From: Camelus ferus
Lineage: Eukaryota
Assembly (NCBI RefSeq): GCF_009834535.1
Contig: NC_045707.1
Coordinates: 19,592,001 to 19,656,000 of the forward strand
DNA: 64,000 nt
Direction of reading: 5' to 3'
Positions within the stretch are counted from its first letter, which is position 1. Each line of letters opens with the position of its first letter. Under the pieces are notes generated by a model. The model was not told the DNA's origin, did no database searches, and saw only the letters and a list, made by a program, of their open reading frames with translations. Shown one piece after another: positions 37,824 through 52,036 of this stretch. Both the position numbers and the translations under genes were made by a program.

Positions 37824-39934
37824 CTCTCATTGCACTTTTAACACAGTCTCCCTGGCCCTTCTCCTCTCAGACATATGTCCACAACTTGCTCACAGAGTTG
37901 TCAGCAATTGGTGTTCATTAGCACCTTCTGAACTTGGGTCCACAGGGCACCTTTAGCTTCTTTAGGAAATTGATCCCCATGTGCCTGCTCTAAATAAGGA
38001 GCAGATAAAGTCTGGGTCACTCTTGCTAACACGGAATCTGCAAAGTCCATATCTTAGCTTCTAAGGACAGCAACATAATTTACCATAAATCAGAAAACTT
38101 AGGAGATTTTCAGCTGATAAGTTGTCTTTTTTAATTCTATCACAGTTTTTTTTTTAATTGGGGGGGGGTTGTTTTTTTGCTGCTCCTAAATTGAACTGTA
38201 TCTCTCAAGAACTGAGGTATCATTCTAGTTTGAATTATTTGGACTAATAGAAAAACAACTCACTTATTTAGTTAAGACTTATAAAGTTGGGTACTTCCAT
38301 GAGAGAGCATGGCAGGATAGGATCAGACAGTATAAAAATATGCTAATTTTTTACCATTTGTAGACTCATGTGTGAATCTCGTCTTTGAGTCATCTTTTCG
38401 AATCAACAAAGTAAACAGACCACTGCAAATTGTGAAGAGTATGAGCACCTTATGTTTCCAGTTCCCAGAATCAGCAATATTATCATTTTGTGGACATAGA
38501 CCATGAAATTATACTACTGTGAAGTTCTGGAAGAAAACACAAAGCTACTATTAAAAATCACAGGTGAGTACATCAGGGAAGTGAGATCCAGATCTGAGAA
38601 AACCAGTTCAAGGTTCAACCTCACCTGGTCCCTCCGTACTCACTTATGGCTGTCATGGGAAAATTATCACTGATGTCTGAAAGTATATGATTTTTCTAAC
38701 TAACTATGCATGTGGATTAGATTATCCCTTAAAATGTCCTTTGCCACAGGAATCTTCAAAATCCGATAGGGCTGAAGATGGCAAATCAAAGTTTCCTTCC
38801 TTGTGCACCATTAATTTATCTACAAAGGACAACTATAATAACAATATTAGTGCCAACTTCCTGCTCTCTGTGTTCTAAGAGCAGTGGACACACATGTCTG
38901 AGATTATAACCAACTTCTACTCCCAAATACTATTCAGGCATCTTCAAAACTTTCAGCAAAATCCATTCTGAGAGATGTGTCCTGTGGCTGCCACAGTCTC
39001 TCTCTGCCTGGAAGTGTGCCAAATCAGTGCCCAGAAGACTCCAAATACAGCAGCAAAGCATAAAGTTTAATGCTTATCAATATGATTTAGTGATGACCGA
39101 GACCTGGACAGAGGAAAAGACTGACAGGATAAAACGACAGAGTCATGAAACAATGGTCTCAGAATCTTAAAGGCCAGATAGACATTCACCTCAAAAAATT
39201 CAAAGAGGTAGCAAAAAGTCAGTGTTGGATCTGGGACCTGCAGCATCTCCTGCACTGGGAGAATTTCCACAGGTTACTTACAGAGGGAACCAGGAACCAG
39301 CATGTGAAGGAGATGAGGGTCAGTGACAGACACATGATGAGGTATCAGGTAGTACGTGAAGGGGAACACAGAAAGAAAAGAGGAACAAGGAGAAACATTT
39401 ATACAAGAACATAGAAGTGAGAGAGGTAAGTCAGCTACAATGATTTAAGTGTAGGAAATTTATGAACATTTCATAGGAAAGGACAGGTCCAGACAGTCAT
39501 TCTTGTGTGACATATCTTTACTAAGAACCTAGGAATAGGAGAAATGACAAGAACTTCATGAATAGAATCAGTATTTTACATTTTGGTGCTTTTATCCCAC
39601 TGTATGACTCTTCTATGCACATCCTTTGTGTGTGTGTTTTAGATATGTTTTATTCTTTGTGTTTAAATCAATTTGTATTAATGTTTTAATGTGAAAATAT
39701 TAACCCTGCCAAAAAAAAAAGCTTTATGAGTCAAGCCACTTGCACAGGAGACTTGCGGCTTCCCTTTAGCCAAGCCCAGTCCAATGGGATGCCAGTTCGG
39801 GTCAGTTTGAATGAAGAGTTGATAACATGACCTGCTTGTGTTGGTTGCCATTAACTTCATTTTTCCTACCCTAAGAAACTTCAGTTTTCATCACTGATCC
39901 TGCCTTTTTTCCTTAGATCTACTGAGGGCCAACA

Positions 39935-40864
39935 ATGAAAAACCGAACCACATTTACTGAGTTTATCTTGCAGGGCTTCACAAATCAACCAGAACTCCAG
40001 GTGGTGATATTCATCTTTCTGTTCCTCGCCTACATGCTGAGTGTCCTGGGAAATCTGACTATCATCATACTCAGCCTGGTAGACCCCCACCTCAAGACGC
40101 CCATGTATTTCTTCCTCCGCAATTTCTCCTTCTTAGAAGTTTCCTTCACGTCCATTTTTATTCCCAGATTTCTAACCAGCTTGACAACGGGAAATAAAGT
40201 CATCAGCTTTGCTGGCTGCTTGACTCAATATTTTTTTGCTATACTTCTCGGGGCCACAGAGTTTTACCTCCTGGCTGCCATGTCCTATGACCGCTATGTG
40301 GCCATCTGCAAGCCCCTGCAATACCTGACCATCATGAGCAGCCGAGTCTGCGTCCAGCTCGTGTTCTGCTCCTGGCTGGGGGGGGCCCTGGCTATCCTGC
40401 CGCCAATCATGTTGATGAGCCAGGTGGACTTCTGTGCCTCCAATGTTCTGAATCAATATTACTGTGACTATAGACCCCTCCTAGAGGTTGCCTGCTCAGA
40501 CACAAGCCTTTTAGAATTAATAGTCATCTTTTTAGCCATCTTGACTCTGGTGGTTACTCTGATGCTGGTGACACTTTCTTATACATATATTATCAGGACT
40601 ATTCTGAGGATCCCTTCTGGCCAGCAAAGGAGAAAGGCATTTGCCACTTGTTCCTCCCACATGATTGTCATCTCCCTCTCTTATGGCAGCTGCATCTTTT
40701 TATACATTAATCCATCACCAAAAAAACGAGGAAACTTCGACAAGGAAATTTCTCTGCTCATGACTTCAGTTAGCCCCTTGTTGAATCCCTTTATTTATAC
40801 CCTAAGGAATCAGCAGGTGAAGCAAGCTTTTAAGAGCACAGTGAAAAAAATTGTGAAGTTTTAA
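39935..40864 (+). CDS. Olfactory receptor, OR6C4-like paralog, intact ORF, 309 aa
   Basis: Single-exon 7TM ORF with [27 protein letters not shown] and [12 protein letters not shown]. The N-terminal half is nearly identical to 47716-48645. Acceptor ccttAG|atct lies 18 nt upstream. Confidence 0.93.
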   Translation: MKNRTTFTEFILQGFTNQPELQVVIFIFLFLAYMLSVLGNLTIIILSLVDPHLKTPMYFFLRNFSFLEVSFTSIFIPRFLTSLTTGNKVISFAGCLTQYFFAILLGATEFYLLAAMSYDRYVAICKPLQYLTIMSSRVCVQLVFCSWLGGALAILPPIMLMSQVDFCASNVLNQYYCDYRPLLEVACSDTSLLELIVIFLAILTLVVTLMLVTLSYTYIIRTILRIPSGQQRRKAFATCSSHMIVISLSYGSCIFLYINPSPKKRGNFDKEISLLMTSVSPLLNPFIYTLRNQQVKQAFKSTVKKIVKF

Positions 40865-43049
40865 TCATCAGAATTTATTATTTTAATCAATAAAATCAAA
40901 CTAACAAATATTTGAGTTACTACATAAGTATTAAGTGTCTACTATGTTTCAAGTGATAATCCTGGACATTGAGAATAGAAATACAAGAAATACGGTTCCC
41001 AGTTTCTAAGAACCTCCAGTCTAGTATCACAGAGTGATATAAAAACAAATAAATTATAATCAAACTTATTAAGTTACTACAAAGGGATAAATGAGATGCC
41101 GTAAAAAAGACTTGAGACAAATTACTTCACTCTTGATTTCATGGCATTTCACTTTTGAGGTGAAATTTGAAAGGCAAAAGGAGTTTATAATGGGAACAGT
41201 AGGAGGATGTTAATTTAGAGTGGATGGTGGAAGCCCAAGAATGAAGATATTTATTGCACATTTAGGAGACAGCTAGGCATTACTGAGCCAAGAGAAAGCA
41301 AAAGAAAGAAAGTGATACTATCAAATTTGTCTTATGAGGAATATAGTAATGCAGAGAACAGGTCTACTCCTACATACAAGTGACAAGCAATTAATCAAGA
41401 ATAGCATTCAAGCAAATGGCGGTAAAGGTCTTATGGTCCATGAGAATAGAGAGAAAGGACACAGTTCCCAGCTTAATTCAAGTAACTTAGTGTATAGGTG
41501 ATGGAGATAAGAAAGTTTTCCAACCTGGAAGGCTGCACGGTTGATAAAGCCGTAAATCAAAATGAAGGATTCAGGAGGAAAATATTTGTATGTGTAATCA
41601 TCACAAGTTATATCTAATCAACTTTGTTTCAAAACATAGATGAAAAATAAACATATGAGAAGGATTTCTCTATCAGTGTACCAATGGACTCAGCTTTAGA
41701 AGAACATGTGAAATATGAGTCAGATTAGTTTAAAAGTCAATTTGGGCAAGCAACGCAAGGAACAAAGTGAGGTTTAGACAGGAAGGTTTGGCTTTTGTCT
41801 CAAAATAATTTAAGAGCACAGACTTAGGAAATCTCCTTAGAAGTAGCTTCTAATCAAGGATATTCTGAAATAAAGTCTGCCAATAGTAGCCATCAGAGAG
41901 ATGAAGGACGAGGAGGAAGAAGGGGAGGGGAGGGGGAGCAGCGAAGCCAGGGAGGGTGGGAGGGCGGAAATAAAGAGCTACTACAGAAAAAGAAGTAAAA
42001 ACTCCCCTGGAAGTCAGGGACTACAGGCCTAAGAATTGTCAGAGCTGGAAGGGAAGCCAGCAGAATCGGCAGTATCGTGTCTATAAAGCTTCAGTATTCT
42101 TCCAAAGTTTTATAAAGTGAAGTTTAAAAATCATTTCAATCTAGTAGTGCCAGAACAAAGGTCATATGGAGAAGGAAAGACCGTCGTACCTAATTTAGCA
42201 AGAAATGGAAGTTTTAACCATGCAAAGCACACACCGAAGGAAATAATGAGAAAAGCAAAATCTTGAAGCTGTAGGTAAAATTATGAAATTTCCACCTTTG
42301 GCCTAGTAAGCAGTGTTTAACATGACACTTTCCACAATGGCAATCCACCATCTGTGCTGTTTGATATTTTCCTCAGCATTAGTGTCTTACGGTTGTTTAC
42401 AGAGTTTCCCCAATCGTGTTTTAAACTCACAGATGGAGCCTTTAACATTTTAAAGAGATCCTTTCCTTAGACCCTTCTTAGACCTGAAAGACAATTATAT
42501 CCTAGATGTGTATAATCAATTATATATAATATATTTTTTCAAAGTAATAAATGCACATGCTTAAGGGCTCAAATAGTACCAACACCTCTCTATGCTCAGA
42601 ACATACCTTAGGTCTTCCACTTTTAATTACTTTAGCTGTTTCTTCTGCTGGTCTTGTTTATGCTTTAAATAATGAGTTCAGGGAACTATTTATTGATTTG
42701 AGGTATATTTCCTGTTATAAAAGATGAGGTGTCAGCCCTCTTATAAAAATCTCATCTCCAACTTCCCCATATTCTTAATATTGCTAACATTAGATACTTT
42801 TTAAACACTTCAATGTACTTATGTAAATAATGTTCTCTGTTCACTATAAACACAAGTTGTGCCAAACAATTACATTCTTCTCTTGAACAGCTTTTTGAGT
42901 CTCTGGCAGCATCTAATTACCTTTTTATTTGGCAATATTTGCTATATCTTGCTTTAAAGTGTTTAAGTCTATTAAATATTCTATTGAGTCCTCTTTCATC
43001 CTAAAGGCCACACGCCTAAGGCTTCCATCCTCCTACTCCATCTACACAC

Positions 43050-45900
43050 ATGGCCTTCAATACATGTTCAGCAGCTATCCGATAGTCATGGTTGGTTAAT
43101 GGATTAAAATGCAAAATGAGACGTAATTTTTAATGGTATAATGGGATATAACCCCTCAACAAGAATTACCACAATGGGAGAACATTATAAAAAAGATAAT
43201 AAACCAAAAACTAAGACTCAAAATCAATTTGTGTATCAGAAAATTAAACAATAAGATGTCCCAACATGTAGAAATAAGATCCACAGATAAAGATCATCTC
43301 TTCTCAGATAAAGATTATTTTAGATGCTACAAATACAGTAAGCATTATTGTCCAGATAAATGCTTTAAGAGGAAGTGAGTGGTACCCAACAACAATTGAT
43401 CCAGTTAACCCAGGATATAGCATCAATGGGGAGAGGTGGTAACGGGAAATTCTGGAAATCTTTAATAATGGTTCCCATAAACTCATGAAAATTGGATTGT
43501 GGCCAACAAGTGAATGCCTGGTCCCCTCAAAGTAAGCAGACTCCTACAGTGTACACATAAAAACTGTACATATAAAGCCTAGAATGTTCTATTGATTGCT
43601 ACAAGGGTCCTCCAGTCATTTTGACCCACAGAACATATTCATTTTATGTAACTGAATAATTTTTATAGGAAAAGCCTGAAAGATGGAAATGAAAACAAAC
43701 AGACTAGTGTTCATATGGTTAGTCCCATATCTGCATCTTCTTCATTGGTTAATCCTGTGTTTTGAATTTGTTGGGTTAAGCATTTTCATTTTAATAATGA
43801 GGCCCCTGTGGCCATGCCAAGTTTGTGTGGTGCTGCCTCCAGGACCCAAGGCTTAATGGGCAACTGGGTGCAGAATCACAGGCTCAGGACTTGTGAAAGC
43901 ATTTATTCCAAGATGGGCCCACCATACAGCCAACATTGCCATCTTAATGATATGTAGGAGGGTGCAGCCAAGGAAGACAGTTTTTTGCACTAGAAGCCCT
44001 TGAACAATCCACAGCCACCACGGCTGATCCAGGGACTTCAGAAAGAATGAGAAAAGGCTATTGAAGCCTCGACAGTGAAGGAGTCTCTGTGGGGGAGGAA
44101 GGAGGACACTAACAGAAGTGCCTGTTTTGTTGCAATTTAGAGCCCTCTGTTGTTGGGTAGCCCATTCAAAGTAAGCAAATTTAGGTGCAGCCATTCTGCA
44201 AAACAGTATGGAGTTTCCTCAAAAAATTAAAAATAGAAGTATCATGTGACCCAGCAATTACTCCTCTAAGTATTTAATCTGAAGAAAATGAGAACACTAA
44301 CTCGAAAAGACATCTGCGCCCCCATGTTCCTGCAGCNNNNNNNNNNNNNNNNNNNNNNNNNNNNNNNNNNNNNNNNNNNNNNNNNNNNNNNNNNNNNNNN
44401 NNNNNNNNNNNNNNNNNNNNNNNNNNNNNNNNNNNNNNNNNNNNNNNNNNNNNNNNNNNNNNNNNNNNNNNNNNNNNNNNNNNNNNNNNNNNNNNNNNNN
44501 NNNNNNNNNNNNNNNNNNNNNNNNNNNNNNNNNNNNNCCCCACCACCAAAAAAAAATCCAAACTCATAGATACAGAGAACACACTAGTGTTTGCCAAAGG
44601 TGGGGGGGGGGAGGTGGGAGACATGAGTGAAGAGAGTCAAAATGTACAAAATTCCAGTTATAAAATAAGTCCTGGGGATGTAATGTACAGCATGGTGACT
44701 ATAGGTAATAGTACTGTCCTGCGTATTTGAAAGTTGCTAAAAGAGTGGATCTTACCACAAAAGAAAAAAATTTTAATGATGTATGGTGACAGATGTTAAC
44801 TAGACTTACTGAGGTGATCATTTTGTAATATATATAAATATCAAGTTATTATGTTGTATTAATGTAATATTGTAGTCAACTATACTTCCATAAAAAAATA
44901 AATAAATAATAAATAAATAAATGGAAAAAGGAAAAACAAAACAAAGGGAGTTAATTTTTGAGCAACAGCATAACTGACTAAAGTAAAATTTGTAAGTGGG
45001 GAACATATTGCCTCTGAAACCCAAATAAGCACAGTAAATGAGTAAGTGCTGGTGAAAAGGAAGAATTGGTTCCTTACATCAAGTATGAATTATCTCTGAC
45101 AAGTAATGTTCAGAAATTTTACTGAAGTAACACGGCCTTGAATTTTACATGATGCAGTGGCCCAACCCTGACTGGAAAGTTCTATGACAAGTGTTTGTAT
45201 ATCCCATTTGACTGTATCATTTGAATTTCTTTGCAGAAGGATGTTATCAATGTAATGTTACAGCTCTGTTCCTGGAACAAGTTTGACGTGGTTAAGATTT
45301 TGCCTGCAAAGTTATGTGCATTGTCAGGGCTGTTGACATATCCCATGGGGAGGTGAATGAAAATGTACTGTTCCTTCAAAAGTGAAGGCAAATTGCTTCT
45401 GAGAAGCTGTACAACTACATACACAACAGAACATATTAGCCAAATCTATAACAGCAAAATATTTTCCAGTTGCTGATTGGATTAAATTTCAATAATGTTA
45501 GGTACGCAGGTCTTAATGGATGATAACATGGCATTAAGTGGTAATCCACTGTGAAGTGACATTCATTTATATCAGGTTTGAGCACTGCCCAAACTGGGTT
45601 ATTAAAGGGAGAAATAATAGGAACAATGTCTTGGGCAGGCATACCAGTCCCCAGGGTTCTCACTCCACTGTTCCCAACATCACAAACCTCATGGCTGGGA
45701 CAGATTCTCTCATGGAGCCCTGCATGGTCTCTCAGGAACTTCTCTCCTCAGCCATATGTTGACAACTTGTTCTCAAAGTTGTCAACAACTGAGGTTTATT
45801 TGCACCTTTTGAACTTGGGTCCATAGGGCATCTTTAGCTTCTTTAGGAAATTGATCCCCCTGTGCCTGCTCTAAAAAGAGCAAATAAAACCTGTAGCATC
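43050..45900 (-). mobile_element. ERV-L class (class III) pol relic, interrupted by an L1
   Basis: Minus-strand RT motifs: IVPIISPFNNPVWAV..D...FTVDY (45436-45663), QYIFIHLPMGYVNSP (45182-45424), HYIDNI (45240-45257, decayed YIDD) and FEWATQQQRAL (43853-44194). Many stops and frameshifts; outer boundaries approximate. Confidence 0.75.
44184..44960 (+). mobile_element. L1 3' end (L1MA-like) inserted in the ERV-L relic
   Basis: gcagccattctgcaaaacagtatggagtttcctc...N run...gtaatgtacagcatggtgactat...gtcaactatacttcc followed by an A-rich tail. Confidence 0.85.
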
Positions 45901-47715
45901 ACTCTGGCTACAGTAGGAACTGCAAAGAAGCCCATATCCTGCCTTCAAAGGGCTCTGCAATAATCTCTCTTAGAACAGAATTATTAAGGAATTTTGGTCT
46001 ATTAAAGACCTTTCTTTGAATCCTATCATTGCCAGGGAAGGGGGCTTATTTGCTTATTTATTTGTTTTTTTTTTAATACATATGCAGGGGTCTGTTTCTC
46101 AGGAACTATGGTTTGATTCCAGTTTGGAGTCACAAAACGGAAGGTAATTCACTTCCTTCCTAGTTAAGTCCCACAACCTTGGGTCCTCCCATTAAGAGAA
46201 GAACAGAATGTGGATGGAGGCCAATAGAAAACATGCTAAATTCTATACCACTCGGAGACTCATGTGGCACATCTCATCTTCGACACACCTCTTAGGAACA
46301 ACAAGGTAAACAACCCACTGCAGTCATTCAGACTGTTGAGGCTGTGAGCACGGTAGATTCTTAAAGTCAGTGATGTTACTATTCTATATACGTGGATCGT
46401 GAAATCCATCAACTGTGAAAATCTGGATGAAAATGCAGAACTTGCCAAAGATGACATGTTAGTACAGACAAGGAAGGCATGGCTGTAGGGGATAGCAGTC
46501 AATGTTTAATATCAACTAGTGCCTCCAAAAGCTGTATGGAATAATGGGGAGACTGACAAGAATGACTGTGAGGATATGATTTTCTTTACCAATATGCATG
46601 TGAGTTTGAGGGGCTTTTTATTGTCTTTGTTTCTTAATCAGAAAAGTCTAAAGATGCACATAGGATCCCACCACCAGAGTTTCCTCCCTTAGGGATTACC
46701 AATGTGTCTACAAAGGACTCTTATTGTCAGAAACATTAATTTCCCTCTTCCTGGTTTCTGTATGCCAAGAAAATTTGAGGCATGATAAATGATCACCCGT
46801 AGTTTGCCACTGAGGGACTCTTTGAGACTTTAAGCAAAATCTACTCTGAGACGCCGTCTGTAGATCTCTTGAGATCTCTATTCTCAGAGATATATCCCAA
46901 GTCAGTGTATAGGAGACTTTGAAAATGGCAGAGAAACATATGTAAGTCCTAACTGATATGATTTACTAATGCCTGAGACTTGTCCGTGTAGTCACAAAGC
47001 TTCCAAAATAAAATGAGAGTATTGAACCAAAGATCATAAAGTCCTAAAGCCCTATTACAAATTCATCCTACAAAAGAAGTAGGGGTGTAGGAAAAATCAA
47101 TTATGAATCAAGATCTTCAGCATTACCTTCCTGGGGAAATTACTATTGGCTGCTGAAATAAGGGAGTCAGAGATTTCTACAGTAACAGAGATGAGGCTCC
47201 ATGGCAGACGTCCACTGAAGCCTCAGATAGTGCAGGGGGAGGGGAAAGTGCAGAGAAGGGAGGAGCACAGTGAGGGGAGAGGGAAGCACAGAAAACAGAA
47301 TCAGACAGAGATGTTTCTATCAAGTGCCCAGGAATATGAGAGATTCACAGTCAGAGAAAAGTGACTTACATGTGAAGATTTCATAAACATTTAAGGAAGT
47401 AAAGATAAGATGGGTTCAAAAATTTCCTCTTCTGAAAAAAATTGAGTAATTATTCTGTAGTAAATTCTGTTAAGTGTCCAGGAATGGATCAGCTTGAAGA
47501 GTTACAAAGACTTAAGGAATAAGGTCACTTACATGGGAGGTGTGGGGCTTCATGGAGCCAAGTTCGGTCCAATGGGACAGTGGTTTGGGCCAAATGGACG
47601 GAGAGTTATATTTGACCTAATTCTTTGATTACAATCAGCTTTATTTCTCCAATCCCGAGAAACTTTAGTTTTCACCATGCTCACCTTTTCCCTTTAGATC
47701 TACTAGAGGTCAACG

Positions 47716-48645
47716 ATGAAAAACCGAACCACATTTACTGAGTTTATTCTGTTGGGCCTCACAAATCAACCAGAACTCCAGGTGGTGATTTTCATCTTTC
47801 TGTTCCTCACCTACATGCTGAGTGTCCTGGGAAATCTGACTATCATCATACTCACTCTGGTGGACCCCCACCTCAAGACGCCCATGTATTTCTTCCTCCG
47901 GAATTTCTCCTTCTTAGAAATTTCCTTCACGTCCATTTTTATTCCCAGATTCCTAACTAGCTTGACAACGGGAAATAAAGTCATCAGCTTTGCTGGCTGC
48001 TTGATTCAATATTTTTTTGCTATATTTCTTGGGGCCACAGAGTTTTACCTCCTGGCTGCCATGTCCTATGACCGCTATGTGGCCATCTGCAAGCCCCTGC
48101 ACTACACGACCATCATGAGCAGCCGAGTCTGCATCCAGCTCGTGTTCTGCTCCTGGCTGGGGGGGTTCCTAGCTATCTTTCCCCCAGTCATCTTGATGAG
48201 CCAGGTGGACTTCTGTGCTTCCAATGTTCTGAATCACTACTACTGTGACTATGGGCCCCTCCTGGAGCTTGCCTGCTCAGACACAAGCCTCTTAGAACTG
48301 ATGGTCATCTTCTTGGCGGTTGTGACTCTGGTGGTTACTCTGGTGCTGGTGACACTTTCTTATACATATATTATCAGGACCATTCTGAGGATCCCTTCTA
48401 CCCAGCAAAGGACGAAGGCTTTTTCCACATGTTCTTCCCACATGATTGTCATCTCCCTCTCTTACGGCAGCTGCATGTTTATGTACATTAATCCTTCTGC
48501 AAAAGAAGAAGGTGTTTTCAACAAAGGAATAGCTGTGCTCATTACTTCAATTACTCCCTTGTTAAACCCTTTCATTTACACTCTAAGAAATCAGCAAGTG
48601 AAGCAAGCATTCAAGGACAACATCAAAAAGATCATGAAGTTTTAA
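47716..48645 (+). CDS. OR6C4: Olfactory receptor 6C4, intact ORF, 309 aa
   Basis: Matches the human OR6C4 sequence as I recall it along its full length ([20 protein letters not shown]; [23 protein letters not shown]; [11 protein letters not shown]; [20 protein letters not shown]). Acceptor ctttAG|atct lies 18 nt upstream. Confidence 0.92.
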   Translation: MKNRTTFTEFILLGLTNQPELQVVIFIFLFLTYMLSVLGNLTIIILTLVDPHLKTPMYFFLRNFSFLEISFTSIFIPRFLTSLTTGNKVISFAGCLIQYFFAIFLGATEFYLLAAMSYDRYVAICKPLHYTTIMSSRVCIQLVFCSWLGGFLAIFPPVILMSQVDFCASNVLNHYYCDYGPLLELACSDTSLLELMVIFLAVVTLVVTLVLVTLSYTYIIRTILRIPSTQQRTKAFSTCSSHMIVISLSYGSCMFMYINPSAKEEGVFNKGIAVLITSITPLLNPFIYTLRNQQVKQAFKDNIKKIMKF

Positions 48646-51599
48646 ATATATATATTTATATATTTTATCTCAAGGAAATACATTTCACTTAATAAATATG
48701 TATTGAATGTCTACTGTATTTTTGCAAGTGCTGAACCAGCACTTGAGGACAAAAGTATAAAGGGCGTACGCCCTAATTTCAAGGAATCTATGCTCTAATG
48801 TGATAGAAATGTGTACAAACTGTAAATTGATGTCATAAGTTTACAAAAAATAAAATAATATGGTAAGTGTTATTAGAGAAAGATGACTGAGAATCCCTGA
48901 AAACAACAATTGGAAAGAATTAACTGTTTTCTGGAAATTACTTGAAATTTAAGAGGCAAAACATCCTGCTTATTTAGGAGAGTGGGAAGGTAAAAATTTA
49001 GAGCAAGAAAGAGGCCAGATCATAAAGGTGTTTATTACAAAGTGTGGAGTTAGCTGGATATTCGTGAGCCAAGAGACGTTTAAGAAAGGAGGTGATGTTA
49101 CCAGCATTGTCTGGAAGGAGGTCGAGCACGGGCACTGCTCTTCACTGTGGAGCGCTGGAGACCATCCTTCTATCAGTGTCAATAATTTTTTATTCTCCTT
49201 TCCTCTTTCATTTATTTTTCAGCTGTAGGCCACTGCAACTTCCACCCTCCCATAAAGAAAAAAGGCTTTACATTTGATCCACTTTTCTCCAAATGAGGTG
49301 AAAATTCTCAAGATTTTGTCAACTTACACATTTGTTTTCTAGAAGTTATGGTTAGGTTTCTAAAGGAAAGGTTAGAATCCTCTCACTTCTCCTATTGGTG
49401 CTTTTCATAAGCTGACATTTTTTAAGGTAATGAGTCATCGACTCTTCCTCTTTGCTAGTCTCTGATAATTCTTTTTCTATTGTAATTTTATTTTCATCTT
49501 TTTGCTTATTTTGTTAGGTATTATAAAGGACAAATTCTGTGATATAACTTCATTCGTTTAACTTGTTCCCAAATTTTTGCTTTTTTTAAAACATAAGCCA
49601 TGGATAACTATTTCATAAAGTGGTAAAGAATATAAGGTATTCATACAGTTCTATATCTAGAATGTTCCAAATTATGAGTCTTTGCAGCCAACTCTACCTA
49701 CCCTACCAAGACTACCCTATCAATAACTCTACACACGGAGTCAAGGTAAGAGCAAATTCAATTTGAATCAGCGTCAATGGAACAGGACATTTCGGAAATC
49801 TGAGTACTTGTACTTTGTTTGCTAATATCCTAATTCATTGCAGAATGCTGATTACTGTTTGGGGTACAAATAGAACATCATCTGATGTGTTCACCCCTTT
49901 TATATGTGGTAATAACATTGAATGGAATAATGCTCCTCAAGCACTTTAGGAACAAACTGTATTAGACTGATCATGAGAGCAAACTCCCAGAACCCCAGAA
50001 AGCATTGAAGAGTGTGTAATATTTTTATTAAATGGCCTTTTATATAAAGCCATTGCTGTTTTGAATATCTAGGTTTCTTGGTGGATAAGCTAGAGATTAG
50101 TGATGACTTTCAATTTATTCCAACTTCACTGAACTGTTAATTAATAGAGAAATGTTCTTAAACAATCACACCTGAATCATTAAGTTCCCCTAAATCCACA
50201 TTGCTACCAAAACCTATGATGAAGTGGGAGACAACGCCACATGGTGGTTGAAAATACAGGCTTTCGTTCAAATCCCAGATACTCAACCTTCTACCCAAGT
50301 CTCCTTGCAACACTTTTTCACCTCTCTAACGCTTACTTTTCTCAACTCTAAAATGTGGATAATAATAGTGTCTATCTTATAGGTTAGCTTTGAGCATCAA
50401 ATGACATCGTAAGTATTAAAAAAATTAAAGCCATTATTTATTGTTTAATAAATGATATCCATTATAACAGTATGGTAATAATAACCAATGTCCTTTTCAA
50501 GAAAGTCAGGTTTAACTGGTAGGAATAGGTATTAAATTGTTCAGTTTAACCTAAAGGGGACTGTAAAAATGTTGGCCATTCTACTTGCCACAAGGCCAGC
50601 TTGTTTCCATTCCTCTTCTGTCCAGCTGCATCCTTAGACAGCCAGGTCAGTGAAGGTCTAACCCGCACTTCAGATAAAGCCAATCAGAACATCCGGCAGC
50701 GGACTGTTAGGACTGGGCTACTGCCAACTCCCTGTGCCCCAGACACCAAGTATGCTGAGAAGAAGAAGACTAGTTGTATAAGTCAAAGTTCAAGAATATG
50801 AGCCAGGGCTCCACCCAGACTTCATAATAAAAGCATTTTGAAATGAAATCAGGAGGGAACGTGTCACCTTCTACAAGAGCTTGTCCAGAAGACAAAAGAA
50901 AAAGACAAGTCATGCTCTTCAGAAGCTGTCCACCTGGCTATCTTTATGTTAATATTGACTTGGAATGTAACCCAAGTCACAGAAAAGCAAAGGAATGAGT
51001 TTACTAATTCTGCAGCTGAACCTTTAGAGCATTCAGGGTCTAAATATATAAGTTGGTGGGTTTCATCCTCCTGTCACCGCTGTTGACAGAATCAAAAGAA
51101 ACAGCTCTACAGCCTAGTACTCCCAGGATAGTATCAGCAGGACTGGGGTGAGGGGAGAATAAAAACAAGTGAGACCGGACCTACTGCACCAAGTGTTCAC
51201 TCCTCTCTCCTCTCTCCCTGAGCCCCCAGAGGTTGTGGGCTTATGAATTATAAATCTAAACGCAAAGCCACTTCTTGCAAAGAGTTTAAAATAAAATTCA
51301 AAAGGGAAGGAGAGAATTTTTTAAGAAGTCAGGCAAGGTAACAACAGTTCTATAATGATTTGGGTTTTCCAGCCTAAGGATCATCTTTGTCATTTCTTTA
51401 GATTCACCCAGAACGTCACAAACCAGGGCTTAAGCTTCAGCCCATACATATCACTAGACAGTATCGCTGAAGCTCTGCAGGGGTTATGAGTTCAGAAGCC
51501 ACAGTAACCACCCATCTGAGGAATACAGCCACTGTGAAGTGGGGGCTGGGTGGGGAGCAAGATTACACACAAGACAACAGAGGAAGGGAAGAATTATAG

Positions 51600-51780
51600 G
51601 AACAGAAACATCAAGAATTTAACAAGTTTATACTGTACATAGTACAGGGAACTATATTCAATATCTTATAGTAACTTACGGTGAAAAAGAAGATGAAAAC
51701 AAATATATGTTCACGTATGACTGAAGCATTATGCTGTACACCAGAAATTGACACACTGCAAACTGACTATACTTCAATAA
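51600..51780 (+). mobile_element. L1 3' end, followed by a (TA)n/(CA)n microsatellite
   Basis: cagggaactatattcaatatctt...atgctgtacaccagaaattgacacactgcaaactgactatacttcaat. Confidence 0.8.
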
Positions 51781-52036
51781 TATATATATATACACACACA
51801 CCAAATATATATATATATATTTTTGTTATGTATATATACCAAAAAAATTATGTAAGTATAATTTACTCAAAAAGATACAAATGATACTGGTAACATGAAA
51901 GACAAAACATTATAAAAAATAACTAGGAAAAAATATGGCTGCAAAACCTAATAAGTGAAATAAAGATGAGGCTAATACCAAGAGAGAAGGAACTAAAACA
52001 TTCATTAAAACTAAGCTAGAAGACCAGACCTGATAA

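Noticed and set aside
50601-50830. 66-aa ORF followed by AATAAA, considered as a retrocopy or small gene
   Set aside because: No ATG start in the sequence (ttg), no polyA tail or TSD, and no recognisable protein in any frame.
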